The translations under genes and the position numbers were made by a program. A stretch of 64,000 nt of DNA, taken from the NCBI GenBank assembly GCA_030765505.1, contig JAVCCL010000004.1:35933-99932 (forward strand), read 5' to 3'. This document shows, one piece after another, positions 37,603 to 48,419 of this stretch (positions are counted from its first letter, which is position 1; each line of letters starts with the position of its first letter). The notes under the pieces are model-generated. The model ran no database searches, was not told the origin of the DNA, and saw only the letters and a program-made list of their open reading frames with translations. The DNA comes from Candidatus Kaelpia imicola. Lineage in GTDB: Bacteria > Omnitrophota > Gorgyraeia > Kaelpiales > Kaelpiaceae.

Positions 37603-39291
37603 ATGAAATCTTTAAGAGTTGCCATTGCGCAGACCAATCCTTTGGTTGGAGATTTAAAGGGGAATAGTCGGGAGATAGCAAAATATATAAAAAAGGCGGC
37701 TGTTAGTGAGCCTGATATTGTAATCTTTCCGGAGCTTGCTCTCTGCGGCTACCCTCCTGAAGACTTGATTTTAAAACTCCACTTTAGAAAAGATTGTAAA
37801 GATACCCTTAAGAAGCTAATCAAAAATAATAATTTTAAAGGTCTGGTATTCCTCGGCTATATTGAAGAGAGTAGAGGCAGTATTTATAATAGTGTTGCTG
37901 TTATAAAGGGCAAGAGAGTAGTTGCAAATTATAGAAAGATCTGCTTGCCGAACTATGGAGTCTTTGATGAGAGAAGATATTTCTCCGGAGGTAATAACTC
38001 TATGGTTATATCACTTAGCGGGATAAAGGTTGCAATTACGATATGTGAGGATATCTGGGCCGATAATAGTTTTAATTATAGAGATATTTGGAGCGGAGTA
38101 GATGTGATAATAAATGTTTCGGCTTCCCCATATCATATGGGTAAATTTAATCAGCGCAAGAGGCTGCTTGAGAAAATATCTATAGAGTGTAAAGTCAAGA
38201 TTATATATGTAAATCAAGTTGGAGCTCAAGATGAGCTTGTTTTTGATGGTGCCAGCATGGTTGTCGATGATGGGTCTTTAAGGGTTATGGCCAGACAGTT
38301 TAAGGAAGATATGGTTTTTATAGACTTAGATTTTAAAAGTCTTAAGAGAAAAAAGTCTTCAAAGAATTGTAATTTTATTGGTTTAGATTTAAGTTCAAAA
38401 AGAAGAAAGACTATTTTACCAAGATTAAAAGAGAAGCCAATGGATGAACTAAAAGAGGTTTATTCAGCTCTTGAGATAGGTGTTAAGGACTATGTCAGAA
38501 AGAATGGTTTTTCAAAGGTGGTTATAGGTTTATCAGGAGGGATTGACTCTTCTCTTGTTGCGGCTATAGCAAAAGATGGTCTGGGTTCATCTTCTGTTTT
38601 GGGGGTTATAATGCCGTCAGCATATTCGTCTAAGTCGTCAATTAAAGATGCGCAGAGATTGGCAATGAATCTAGGAATCAAATCCATAGAAGTTCCTATA
38701 GGCGGTATATACGGTTCTTACATTAAGACTATGAAGCCATTTTTTAAAGGTTTAAAGTTTGATAAAGCAGAAGAGAATATTCAGGCTAGGATAAGAGGCA
38801 ACATTCTTATGGCCCTATCTAATAAGTTCGGCTACCTTGTCTTGACAACCGGTAATAAGTCTGAAGTCTCTGTTGGCTATTGTACTCTCTATGGTGATAT
38901 GGCTGGCGGTTTTGCTGTAATTAAAGACCTTACAAAGACCTTAGAGTATAAGCTGGCTAAATGGAGAAACAGTTTGGAGAAAATACCTCTAATACCGCTT
39001 AATGTTATAAAGAAAGCACCTTCTGCGGAATTACGTCCCAACCAGAAAGATCAAGATACGCTCCCTCCTTATAGTATGCTTGATGATATAGTCTTAAGGT
39101 ATATTGAAGAGGATATGAGTTTTGATGATATGGTAAGAGATGGATTTAATAAACATGTAGTCAAGAGGGTGATTAAAATGATAGACGACAATGAATATAA
39201 GCGCCGTCAATCCCCGCCTGGTATCAAGATTACACCCAAATCTTTTGGTAAGGATAGAAGAATGCCTATAACGAGCGGGTATAGGATATAA
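37603..39291 (+). CDS. nadE: Glutamine-dependent NAD+ synthetase
   Basis: Nitrilase domain (FPEL, ICED) plus SGGIDS, ENIQAR. Confidence 0.97.
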   Translation: MKSLRVAIAQTNPLVGDLKGNSREIAKYIKKAAVSEPDIVIFPELALCGYPPEDLILKLHFRKDCKDTLKKLIKNNNFKGLVFLGYIEESRGSIYNSVAVIKGKRVVANYRKICLPNYGVFDERRYFSGGNNSMVISLSGIKVAITICEDIWADNSFNYRDIWSGVDVIINVSASPYHMGKFNQRKRLLEKISIECKVKIIYVNQVGAQDELVFDGASMVVDDGSLRVMARQFKEDMVFIDLDFKSLKRKKSSKNCNFIGLDLSSKRRKTILPRLKEKPMDELKEVYSALEIGVKDYVRKNGFSKVVIGLSGGIDSSLVAAIAKDGLGSSSVLGVIMPSAYSSKSSIKDAQRLAMNLGIKSIEVPIGGIYGSYIKTMKPFFKGLKFDKAEENIQARIRGNILMALSNKFGYLVLTTGNKSEVSVGYCTLYGDMAGGFAVIKDLTKTLEYKLAKWRNSLEKIPLIPLNVIKKAPSAELRPNQKDQDTLPPYSMLDDIVLRYIEEDMSFDDMVRDGFNKHVVKRVIKMIDDNEYKRRQSPPGIKITPKSFGKDRRMPITSGYRI

Positions 39292-39488
39292 CCACTCTGT
39301 TCTATATCTTGCAACTTGTTTTTCTTAATTAGCCTTCATTGATACATTCATTGATGCATTATTTGATTTCATTATAATTGTATGGTATATATAAAAAGAG
39401 AGTTTCATTACGAGAGGGGAGGAACTAAAAAGTGTCTGAATAGTATATCTTTATTATGATATTTAACAATATAAGGTTGTAAAAATAT

Positions 39489-42400
39489 ATGGTAAATGTG
39501 ATGAGCAAAATAAAGTTTTTCATATTTGGAGTAGTGATTTTATTCTCTATAAATGGAAATATTCTGTCTACTTATCGTTATAATAACGTACGCAGGACTA
39601 AAAGCATAACTGCTGTATCTGAGGAAGGTATCCATTCTATTATTGAAATAATTCTCCAGGCTGTTGATTTTGAAAGTGAAGGTGATATTCTTATTTCTCA
39701 GAAGGGTATCTTCCTAAATGGAAATTGTATATCTCCTTCACCCAACCTTGGTTCTATCGGAGAACAAAGTTTCCAACTTCCCCAACCGTTTAAAGAACTG
39801 GCAATTCGAATAATAGGAGTCTATTCAGGTCTTTCTCAAGGCGAATTGCAGGAGGTTATGAGAAGCTGGAATAAACATTACGCTTTGGCAGCTCTTGGCA
39901 CAGAGGAAGCTGTTCGGACTATTTTCAGGTCAGTACCGTATCTAACAAGCAGTGCTGTATCAACAATTGAACATATAATAAAAAATGACTTTGGTTTTAG
40001 AGATGCAGCAGCATCTCTTTTGAAGCGCCCTGATTTAAATGAAGAAGGGGTAATTGCATTGCGTAAAGCTGTCGAATGTGAAGATTTAGAGCTTGAAACC
40101 CGTGTTTGTGCCATTGCATGTTTAACAAAACTGTTAAACTTAGGAGCTAGAATATCTGCTTTAGATAATTTACGCAGTGAGACAATTCAATGGCTTAATG
40201 ACTGTAAAGAAAAGTATGCGTCTTCGGAGCTGGTGAATTCATTTAAAGTTGCATTGAGCGGTATTTATGCGGTCTCTTTAGAGGAAGGTTTGGATTTAGA
40301 TTGTTTTGGCCCCGGCATAGTAGAATTTAGTTCGGAAAGAGAGCTTAATTTATATGATAAAGGACCTGTGTATGCTGAAAGAATTATTCAAGCTTTAGTT
40401 ACTCAAAAAAAGTATGATTTAATGTTAGAGGTCTTAAAAAATAATAGTAGTTATATAGAAAATAGGATTACTGTATTGGATCCTATTGCATCAGGAATAA
40501 CTGAAATGCCGGATTCAGTTTGCAACCGGATTATAGACTTTATAATTGCAAATGTTTCTGATGTTACAGATAAGAATGCGCTGGTTACTTTATTACATAT
40601 CGCTGCTCCTGATGTAGAAAAGGCGCAAAAGCTTATTCAGTACCTTATTACAAGATATGAAAATTTAGCAGAAGTACCTGTGTTTAGTTTTAATAGCCCT
40701 GAACTATTACAGGCTCTTAAAGAGCTTCTTTACAGCCCCACAATCTCTGCAGTATGGGAAGATGTTACGCATCTAATTAAAGTTATTCCGCATCCGTTTA
40801 CTCCCTATATTACAAGAGAACCTTTTTTTGGCTCAGGAGAAGCTACATCTTCAAACTCTGATACTTTGGTAATGGTTTCAAGAAACTTGGATGATACTTA
40901 TAAAACCCCTCTTATGAGTTATCAAAGGATTATGCTTCATGGGCACAAGAATTATGTTTCTCCTTCTAATATGAATGTAGCAATTGTAGAGGGGGTTTTA
41001 AATTTTTGGTTAACCGGTGATATCGAATGTATAAGAAATCTGCCTCACATAGAAAGTGAAGGAACTATTAAAAATATTATGGATGATAATTTGGATACAT
41101 ATGTTTCTACTCATCAGGAAGTTCTACAGGGACTTTTTCATACGCTTCAAATTGATAATGTCCAGGACTTACAAAAATTCAGTATCGAGGAAATAGCGGC
41201 TGCTTGTACAGAAGGAAAAGTTTTAGAAGAGATAAAACTGTATTTTAAGGTATTGAATAAATATCAGGGCGGGGTGGCTGCTAATGTACGTAAGGATTTA
41301 CAAAGCATAGAAATGCAGGGTTTAGTATGGGATGATTATCCTCCTCAGATACATCAGCTTTTTAATGATTTTATTGCATCCTGGGAATCTGCAGAAGATT
41401 CAGAAAGCCTTATTGCCGCAGCAGATAGACTCCAGCGTCTTATGTTGTCTGTGCAGGAATTTTGTGTTTCTGAAATTGAACCTGCAAAGAATCCTTTTGT
41501 AAAAATAGTAGTTCATAAAGATTTAGAACGGCTGGAGTTCAAAGACCCTAAATTTACTATGTTAAATGTATTGTACTATAAGCTTATTCTAGCTCAAGAA
41601 TCTATATATTCAAAAGTGTGGAATTCATTAGCAAGTCTGGAATCATTAAACAGAGAAGGATTAAGCTCTGCATTGGGATTTTTGAAATCTTTAACGGACA
41701 GCCTTGAAGAGCAGGGGTATATTAATGATTCTGTAATACAGGGTGTCGTGGAGGCAATTACTGAGGATATGCCGTACAGTATGTTGATAGACCATATTAT
41801 GTGGTGCAAACAGAATATTTATAACCCTTTATATAGTATGTTCTTAAAGAATGTTTTACAGATTGACGGTTTGAGTGATGATTATCTGCGGGACAGGGAA
41901 ATAGCAGTTCCTTGCTTAGAATATTTTAGGAAAGTTCTTGGTTATCTTCATGATGGGTTAAGTAATTCTCAGATATTAAAAGCAGAGCTTTTAGGTAATT
42001 TGGCTCCGGAGTTTGTGTTAATTCAGCAAAGCAAATCATTGTCACCGCTGGATATCGGTAATAAAGCATGGTCGTTAAATTATCTGAATCAAAACGGTTT
42101 CCAGGCTCCGGAAGCTGCAGTAATTACTAAAGAAGTTATCATGAATTGGGAAAATATGTCTGAGGTAGAAAGGCATGATATCATAGGTAAAATTGTATTG
42201 GAACTGGAACAGCGTACGGGGAAAGAATTCGGCCGCAATTTGCTTTTTTCTGTGCGAAGTTCTCCGGTTATACCGCATCCAGGGGTGCTTTTGACAATGC
42301 TTGATGTCGGTATGAATGAATCAGTTGTGGAAAATCTTATAGCAGAAATACAGGATGAAAGATTTGCCTGGGAAAATTATCGTGTTGCTGAATATATGTG

Positions 42401-43580
42401 GGCAGTAGAATATTTAGGAATTAAAGACGAAAATTTAAGGCAGGTAATAAATAGGGTAAAAGAAGCGCATGGAGTTGAAACTAAAAAGCAATTAAATGTT
42501 GATGCCATAAAAGAAGTCATCTATGAGTATGGGCAGTTGATAGATCAAGTTAGAGAGGATAGTCTTAGTAGTGGAAGTTTAGAGATAGGAGAGGACCCTA
42601 TGAGCATGAGTTCTTACGAACAGCTGTATCTTGCAGTTGTTCTTGCTGTTAAGTCCTATAATTCAGAAGCTGCTCAGTCGTATCGAAGGAGTGTTGGTAT
42701 TCCTGAGGACAGCGGTATGGGTATTATTATACAGGCTATGAGTTTCGGGAATTATTCTCAATCCTTATCCGGCGCTGGAACAGTGAATGTTACTGCCGAT
42801 GGTGAAATAAGAGGAACTTTTAACGAGTGTTCTTTGGGGGTAGACATAATGTCTGGTCTTTCCCGGGCAGGTATTCCTGTCAGCAATATGGGGACCGGCG
42901 ATGCTTCAACATCGACACTGGAATTTCTTTATCCGGATGTTTATAAAGAACTTTATACCGCATTGTTTGGAGATCCGGATACCGCAAAGGTAGGTATTTT
43001 TGACCTTTTTGGAAGGCAGCCTATACAGTATGAGTTTGTTATTGAACAAAATAAGATTGTTTCTCTTCAGGTTAGGACTTTAGCTGAAGAAGAGATATAT
43101 GATAGGAAACAGCTTAATTATGTAGAAATACCTTCAAGTGTTCCGGCATTAGGCAGAGGTATTTTTATCGGAAACAGGGCTGTAAAGGGTTATGTCATTA
43201 CAATAGATGATTATCTTGATCAGGGCAAACGTGCAGAGTTAATTGCGAAGGTAGATTCTGACCCTGACATTGACGGGCTGATTTTAGCAACAAGTGAGAT
43301 TAAAACTGCAGTCTTAGGGCCAATTTTACAGGATGCTTATATTTTAGGGTTCTTTAGCAACGTAGGGTATGAGGTTTCTCATGGAATTTCTTTGGCAATA
43401 CGTTATCATATATCCGCATTATTAGGTGTCCGGAATTTAAGTCACGATTTTACAACAGATGAATATACTTTTAAAGTAGGGAGTCAGCAAATAGTGCTTA
43501 AATCAGGTGATATAGTTACTATTGATACAGATGGTAAGTTATATCAGGGTGCCTATCCAATATATCCAATCGAGCAATAA
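39489..43580 (+). CDS. Large exported PPDK-like dikinase (nucleotide-binding and phosphohistidine domains, no pyruvate-binding barrel)
   Basis: Signal peptide; IGNKA, LLFSVRSS...PG..LTMLDVG, IIQAMSFGN, EFVIE..LQVR; VSHG and GDIVTIDTDG at the C-terminus. Confidence 0.75.
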   Translation: MVNVMSKIKFFIFGVVILFSINGNILSTYRYNNVRRTKSITAVSEEGIHSIIEIILQAVDFESEGDILISQKGIFLNGNCISPSPNLGSIGEQSFQLPQPFKELAIRIIGVYSGLSQGELQEVMRSWNKHYALAALGTEEAVRTIFRSVPYLTSSAVSTIEHIIKNDFGFRDAAASLLKRPDLNEEGVIALRKAVECEDLELETRVCAIACLTKLLNLGARISALDNLRSETIQWLNDCKEKYASSELVNSFKVALSGIYAVSLEEGLDLDCFGPGIVEFSSERELNLYDKGPVYAERIIQALVTQKKYDLMLEVLKNNSSYIENRITVLDPIASGITEMPDSVCNRIIDFIIANVSDVTDKNALVTLLHIAAPDVEKAQKLIQYLITRYENLAEVPVFSFNSPELLQALKELLYSPTISAVWEDVTHLIKVIPHPFTPYITREPFFGSGEATSSNSDTLVMVSRNLDDTYKTPLMSYQRIMLHGHKNYVSPSNMNVAIVEGVLNFWLTGDIECIRNLPHIESEGTIKNIMDDNLDTYVSTHQEVLQGLFHTLQIDNVQDLQKFSIEEIAAACTEGKVLEEIKLYFKVLNKYQGGVAANVRKDLQSIEMQGLVWDDYPPQIHQLFNDFIASWESAEDSESLIAAADRLQRLMLSVQEFCVSEIEPAKNPFVKIVVHKDLERLEFKDPKFTMLNVLYYKLILAQESIYSKVWNSLASLESLNREGLSSALGFLKSLTDSLEEQGYINDSVIQGVVEAITEDMPYSMLIDHIMWCKQNIYNPLYSMFLKNVLQIDGLSDDYLRDREIAVPCLEYFRKVLGYLHDGLSNSQILKAELLGNLAPEFVLIQQSKSLSPLDIGNKAWSLNYLNQNGFQAPEAAVITKEVIMNWENMSEVERHDIIGKIVLELEQRTGKEFGRNLLFSVRSSPVIPHPGVLLTMLDVGMNESVVENLIAEIQDERFAWENYRVAEYMWAVEYLGIKDENLRQVINRVKEAHGVETKKQLNVDAIKEVIYEYGQLIDQVREDSLSSGSLEIGEDPMSMSSYEQLYLAVVLAVKSYNSEAAQSYRRSVGIPEDSGMGIIIQAMSFGNYSQSLSGAGTVNVTADGEIRGTFNECSLGVDIMSGLSRAGIPVSNMGTGDASTSTLEFLYPDVYKELYTALFGDPDTAKVGIFDLFGRQPIQYEFVIEQNKIVSLQVRTLAEEEIYDRKQLNYVEIPSSVPALGRGIFIGNRAVKGYVITIDDYLDQGKRAELIAKVDSDPDIDGLILATSEIKTAVLGPILQDAYILGFFSNVGYEVSHGISLAIRYHISALLGVRNLSHDFTTDEYTFKVGSQQIVLKSGDIVTIDTDGKLYQGAYPIYPIEQ

Positions 43581-43597
43581 TATTTTCTTAATCAACC

Positions 43598-43626
43598 TTG
43601 ACAACTTAAGGAGTTCGTGCTATAAA
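43598..43626 (+). promoter_or_regulatory. sigma70 promoter of the pyr operon
   Basis: TTGACA-17-TATAAA with TG extension. Confidence 0.75.
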
Positions 43627-43633
43627 TCTCTAG

Positions 43634-43734
43634 ACCTTTAAACTGGTTCGGTGAGACCGGGAAGGTGAAAGAGATGAATAAGAATATAAGTTTCAATGAT
43701 GAAAAGAGGCCCTTCAAAGAGGGTTTATTTTTTT
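43634..43734 (+). promoter_or_regulatory. PyrR-binding attenuator leader
   Basis: ACCTTTAAACTGGTTCGGTGAGACCGGGAAGGT resembles a PyrR binding loop; terminator GGCCCTT-caaa-GAGGGTTT plus T tract before pyrR. Confidence 0.75.
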
Positions 43735-44292
43735 ATGTCTAAGAAAATCATAGAACGTTCGAAGGTTTTAGATTCAAAACAACTCTATAAGACTGTCTGC
43801 CGTATAAGTCATGAAATAATAGAGAGAAATAAGTCTTTATCGAATATAGCTATTGTAGGCATAAGGACAAGAGGTGTCTATTTAGCAGATAGAATAGTAA
43901 ATAATATTTTTGAGATTGAGGGTGTAAAGATTCCGTCAGGAGTACTTGATATTACGCTCTACAGAGATGATCTTACTTTGATAGCAGAACAGCCTCTGGT
44001 TAAGGAGACAGAGCTTAACTTCGATATCAATGGTAAGCTGATAATAATAGTAGACGATGTGTTATTTACAGGCAGGACTGTTAGGTGCGCAATGGATGCT
44101 TTGATTGATTTTGGTAGACCCAGAGCTATTCAGCTTGCTGTTTTGGTTGACCGGGGTCACCGTGAACTTCCAGTAAGAGCAGATTATGTAGGTAAGAATG
44201 TACCGACCTCTCTTAGTGAATCTATAGAGGTAAGATTAAAAGAGGTTGATAAGAAAGATGAGGTTGTGATGTTGGAGGTAGTTGATGGCTGA
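43735..44292 (+). CDS. pyrR: Pyrimidine operon regulator/UPRTase PyrR
   Basis: [27 protein letters not shown]. Confidence 0.97.
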   Translation: MSKKIIERSKVLDSKQLYKTVCRISHEIIERNKSLSNIAIVGIRTRGVYLADRIVNNIFEIEGVKIPSGVLDITLYRDDLTLIAEQPLVKETELNFDINGKLIIIVDDVLFTGRTVRCAMDALIDFGRPRAIQLAVLVDRGHRELPVRADYVGKNVPTSLSESIEVRLKEVDKKDEVVMLEVVDG

Positions 44293-45274
44293 GGATATTG
44301 TTGAAAGAGATATCAAGTGGAGTAAGAAGCATCTTCTTGGCATTGAAGATCTAACCGTAGAGGAGATAGGTTATATATTACAGCTTGCCAAATCTTTTAA
44401 GGAGATCTCAACCCGGCAGGTCAAGAAGGTCCCTGCTTTAAGAGGTAAAACAGTTGCTTTTCTATTCTTTGAACCCTCAACAAGAACCAGGATATCTTTT
44501 GAGCTTGCAGCTAAAAGGCTCTCAGCTGATACTGTGAGTTTCTCAGTCTCGACATCCAGTGTACAGAAAGGGGAGAATCTTAAGGATACAGCCCGCAATA
44601 TAGAGGCTATGAATGTTGATATTATAGTCTTAAGGCACCCAGCTTCCGGAGCTGCCCATTATCTCTCCGGGGTTGTATCGGCCGGTGTTATAAATGCCGG
44701 AGATGGGACACATGAACATCCAACTCAGGCTCTGCTTGATGTCTTTACCATCCAGGAGCAGAAAAAAAACATTGCAGGGTTAAGAATTGCTATCTTGGGT
44801 GATGTCTCTCATTCAAGGGTGGCAAGGTCTAATATATTTGCTCTTAAAAAATTAGGTGCTGAGGTTACACTCTGTGCGCCGCCAACAATGATTTTGCCTG
44901 AGTTTAAAGAGCTGGGCGTAGAGGTTTCATATGATCTTAAGGATGTTTTGGCCAAAGCCGATGTTTTAAATATCTTGAGGATACAGAGAGAGCGCATCAA
45001 TGAAAACCTGATTCCTTCAATAGCTGAATACAGAGAGTTTTTCGGTGTAGATAGAGCTAAGCTTTTAAAATATGCAAAGCCGGGATTACTAATTCTTCAT
45101 CCGGGTCCGGTAAATAGAGGAATTGAGCTAAGCCCTGACGTGCTTGACGAGGGATTGCTGGAGAAGAATATCTGCAGCGTTGTTTTAAATCAGGTTACAA
45201 ATGGCCTGGCGATCAGAATGGCGATACTCTATCTTATTGCAGGTATGGGAGGCAGCGTTGAAGTTACTGATTAA
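44285..45274 (+). CDS. pyrB: Aspartate carbamoyltransferase
   Basis: [19 protein letters not shown]. Confidence 0.97.
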   Translation: MAEDIVERDIKWSKKHLLGIEDLTVEEIGYILQLAKSFKEISTRQVKKVPALRGKTVAFLFFEPSTRTRISFELAAKRLSADTVSFSVSTSSVQKGENLKDTARNIEAMNVDIIVLRHPASGAAHYLSGVVSAGVINAGDGTHEHPTQALLDVFTIQEQKKNIAGLRIAILGDVSHSRVARSNIFALKKLGAEVTLCAPPTMILPEFKELGVEVSYDLKDVLAKADVLNILRIQRERINENLIPSIAEYREFFGVDRAKLLKYAKPGLLILHPGPVNRGIELSPDVLDEGLLEKNICSVVLNQVTNGLAIRMAILYLIAGMGGSVEVTD

Positions 45275-46556
45275 AAATGGTTCGGTTATTGATTTAGAGA
45301 AAAAAGTTTTTAAAAAAAATGATATCTTGGTTCAAAATAAGAGAATCTCTAAGATAGCTAAAAATATAAAAGAGAAGGCGAATTTAGTAGTTGATGCTGG
45401 AGGATGCTATATCTTTCCAGGACTTATTGATATCCATGCTCATCTAAGAGAGCCAGGCCGGGAAGATGAGGAGAATATAGAGTCCGGTTCTCGTGCGGCT
45501 TTAAGAGGGGGTTTTACAACACTCTGCTGCATGCCCAATACAGATCCTGCTATAGATAGTGCCGGTCTGGTAAGATTTTTAAGAGAACGTTCTAAGAGCG
45601 TAGGCCTGGTAGATATTTATCCAGTGGGAGCTATTACAAAAGGAAGGGCTGGCTTGGAACTATCTGAGATGATTAAGATGAGAGAGGCAGGAGCTGTTGG
45701 TTTTTCAGACGATGGCAGCTGGGTTAATAGCCCGCTTCTTATGCGTAGAGCTATGGAGTATTCTGTTCTCTCCGGCTTACCTCTAATTATCCACGCCGAA
45801 GACGAGAGACTCTCTATCGGCGGCCTGATGAATGAAGGTATATTTTCTCTTAAGATGGGACTAAAAGGGTATACCGCGGGAGTCTGAGATAGTAGCCATT
45901 GCAAGAGATATAGAGCTCACTAGGCTAACAGGAGCCAGGATTCACTTTACGCATATAAGCTGTAGGGAATCTGTAGAGCTTATAAGAAAAGCTAAGAAAG
46001 ATAAGTTGATGGTTACTGCGGATGTTACTCCTCACCATCTAACTTTAACTGAAGACTCTGTTAGGGATTATAATACTTTTTCTAAGGTCAATCCCCTATA
46101 AGGACAGAGAAGGATAGGGGAGCTTTAATCAATGGATTAAAAAATAATACTATAGATATAATTGCTACTGACCATGCTCCGCATTCAAGCGAAGAGAAAG
46201 ATTGTAATTTCTCCGAGGCAAGTTTCGGTACTATAGGACTGGAGACAGCATTATCTTTAGGTCTAAAGTTAGTCAACGAAGGTAAGATAGATATCTTTTC
46301 TTTAATAGAGAAGCTTACTTCCAATCCCGCCAGGATATTCTCCTTTAAAGATAGAGGGAATATCTTAGAGAACTATTTGGCTGATATCATAGTAGTAGAT
46401 CCAGATCTAAAGTGGAAGTTTAGTCAGGAAGATATTGAATCTAAAAGTAAGAATTCCCCATTTTTAAATATGGAGTTGAAGGGAAGAGCTAGAACTGTTG
46501 TTTCAAAAGGCAGGGTTTTGGTTGATGACTTTAAATTGATTGGAGATTGTTTATGA
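45258..46556 (+). pseudogene. pyrC: Dihydroorotase with two frameshifts (+1 at ~45868, -1 at ~46095); may be sequence error
   Basis: HAHLREPG in the first frame; IPRESEIVAIARD...TPHHL...KVNP in the +1 frame; ATDHAPH...SKSKNSPF back in the first frame to TGA 46556. Confidence 0.85.
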
Positions 46557-46651
46557 GGTTTTCTAAGGTGGTTTTACCGTCAGGGGGTTAATATTTTAGA
46601 CACGACTCCTCAGGCCAGAGAGATGTTGAAGGAGTCTCAATTAAATGAGTA

Positions 46652-47107
46652 ATGAAGTTTATACTCAGCCCTGAATTGGGAAGGTTGACCAAGTGGTTAA
46701 GGATTTTAAGTTATGACTCTTATTATTTTAAAGGCAGCAGCAGAGCTCTTATTCTGAAAGCTCTAAAAGAGGATAGAGTTGTTTTAACTTCTATAGTCTC
46801 TTTGGCTGATGAGCTCAAGGCAAAAGTCTTTATAATTAAATCTCAAGATTTAAGAACTCAACTTAAAGAACTTGAAGAGAGTTTTGGTTTAGAAATCGAT
46901 AGCAGTAATATGTTTTCACGCTGTATCAGGTGTAATTTAGAGTTAAAAGAATTAACCAGAGAACAAGCCGAAGAGAAGGTCCCCGTATCTATCTATCAAA
47001 GCAGGGTGAGTTTTTACAAATGTTCTAAATGCAAAAAAATATTCTGGACTGGCAGCCATTGGAAGTTGGCTAAGGAATATTTAGAGAGTATCAATGATAA
47101 TAGCTGA
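46652..47107 (+). CDS. Mut7-C RNase (PIN plus Zn ribbon) protein
   Basis: LGRLTKWLRILSYD, RCIRCN, CSKCKKIFWTGSH. Confidence 0.9.
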   Translation: MKFILSPELGRLTKWLRILSYDSYYFKGSSRALILKALKEDRVVLTSIVSLADELKAKVFIIKSQDLRTQLKELEESFGLEIDSSNMFSRCIRCNLELKELTREQAEEKVPVSIYQSRVSFYKCSKCKKIFWTGSHWKLAKEYLESINDNS

Positions 47108-48323
47108 TATACATATCCATTCTAAGTATAGCCGTGCAGCAAGCAAAAATATGGATCTGGATAATTTAAGTGAGTTTGCCAAGATTAAAGGAGTAGACCT
47201 CTTAGGTAGCGGCGACTTTACCCATTTCTTATGGCTGCAAGAGTTAAAGACGAAATTAAAAGAAGCTGGCTATGGAGTATATAAATATAAAGGAATTAAC
47301 TATATATTAACCGTTGAAGTGTCAAATATCTATTCTTATAAAGGGAGAGTTAGAAAGATTCATAATCTTATTATTGCGCCTGACTTTACCGCAGTTGATA
47401 AGATAAACAGAGAACTTGCTAAATATGGGAGTTTAACTGCGGATGGCAGGCCTACGCTAAGTTTGGATGTCAGGAGCCTTATGGAGATCGTTCTCTCTGC
47501 TAATAGCGACTGTTTTTTGATACCTTGTCATATCTGGACTCCATGGTTCGGCCTCTTTGGTGCCAATTCGGGTTTTGATTCTATAGAAGAGTGTTTTGGT
47601 CCTTACGTAAAAGATATCTATGCTTTGGAGACCGGTCTCTCAAGTGATCCAGCTATGAATTGGCGGATATCGGATTTAGATAGATATACCCTTGTATCTA
47701 ATTCCGATAGTCATTCTCCTTCAAAGATAGGGCGGGAAGCAAACGTTTTAAATATAAGTATGGATTATAGAGAACTTCTGGAGGCATTGAAAAACAGAGA
47801 CTCCGGAAAATTTGCCTATACAATAGAGTTTTATCCTCAGGAGGGGAAGTATCACTTGGATGGTCATAGAGGTTGCGGGCTTTCGTTTAGCCCTAAAGAG
47901 TCTATGCGTTTGAACAATATATGTCCCAAATGCAGCAAACCATTAACTATTGGGGTGATGCATAGAGTAGAGGAGCTTGCAGACAGGGAGGATGGATTTA
48001 TGCCTAAAGGGGCAGTTGGTTTCAAGAGCTTGGTACCGTTGGATGAGATTATCGCAGAGTTAAAAGGTGTTCAGAAAACAGCCAAGGCGGTAATAGTAGA
48101 ATATCATAGCTTGATTCAAAGCTATGGTCCGGAATTAAAAATATTAAGTGAGCTTGATGAGAAATTTCTAAAGAATAATCTGCCTGTAAAGATAGCCAAA
48201 AGTATTATAGCCGTTAGAGAGGGCAGGGTTAAGATTAAACCGGGTTTTGACGGTCTTTACGGTAATGTCAAAGTCTTTGATGATAAGAAAATGAAGAGCG
48301 AGAAGCAGTTAACCTTTTTTTAA
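47094..48323 (+). CDS. Endonuclease Q family (PHP domain plus Zn finger)
   Basis: DIHIHSKYSRA, HIWTPW, SNSDSHS, GKYHLDGHR, CPKC. Confidence 0.92.
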   Translation: MIIADIHIHSKYSRAASKNMDLDNLSEFAKIKGVDLLGSGDFTHFLWLQELKTKLKEAGYGVYKYKGINYILTVEVSNIYSYKGRVRKIHNLIIAPDFTAVDKINRELAKYGSLTADGRPTLSLDVRSLMEIVLSANSDCFLIPCHIWTPWFGLFGANSGFDSIEECFGPYVKDIYALETGLSSDPAMNWRISDLDRYTLVSNSDSHSPSKIGREANVLNISMDYRELLEALKNRDSGKFAYTIEFYPQEGKYHLDGHRGCGLSFSPKESMRLNNICPKCSKPLTIGVMHRVEELADREDGFMPKGAVGFKSLVPLDEIIAELKGVQKTAKAVIVEYHSLIQSYGPELKILSELDEKFLKNNLPVKIAKSIIAVREGRVKIKPGFDGLYGNVKVFDDKKMKSEKQLTFF

Positions 48324-48419
48324 AAATAACTCTTCTTGTTTTGTTTCTTTTTTTGTGATATAAAGACGAAACTTAATAAATGGTAGCTTGAAAGAGAATA
48401 TATAAGAAGGGAGTGAGGT

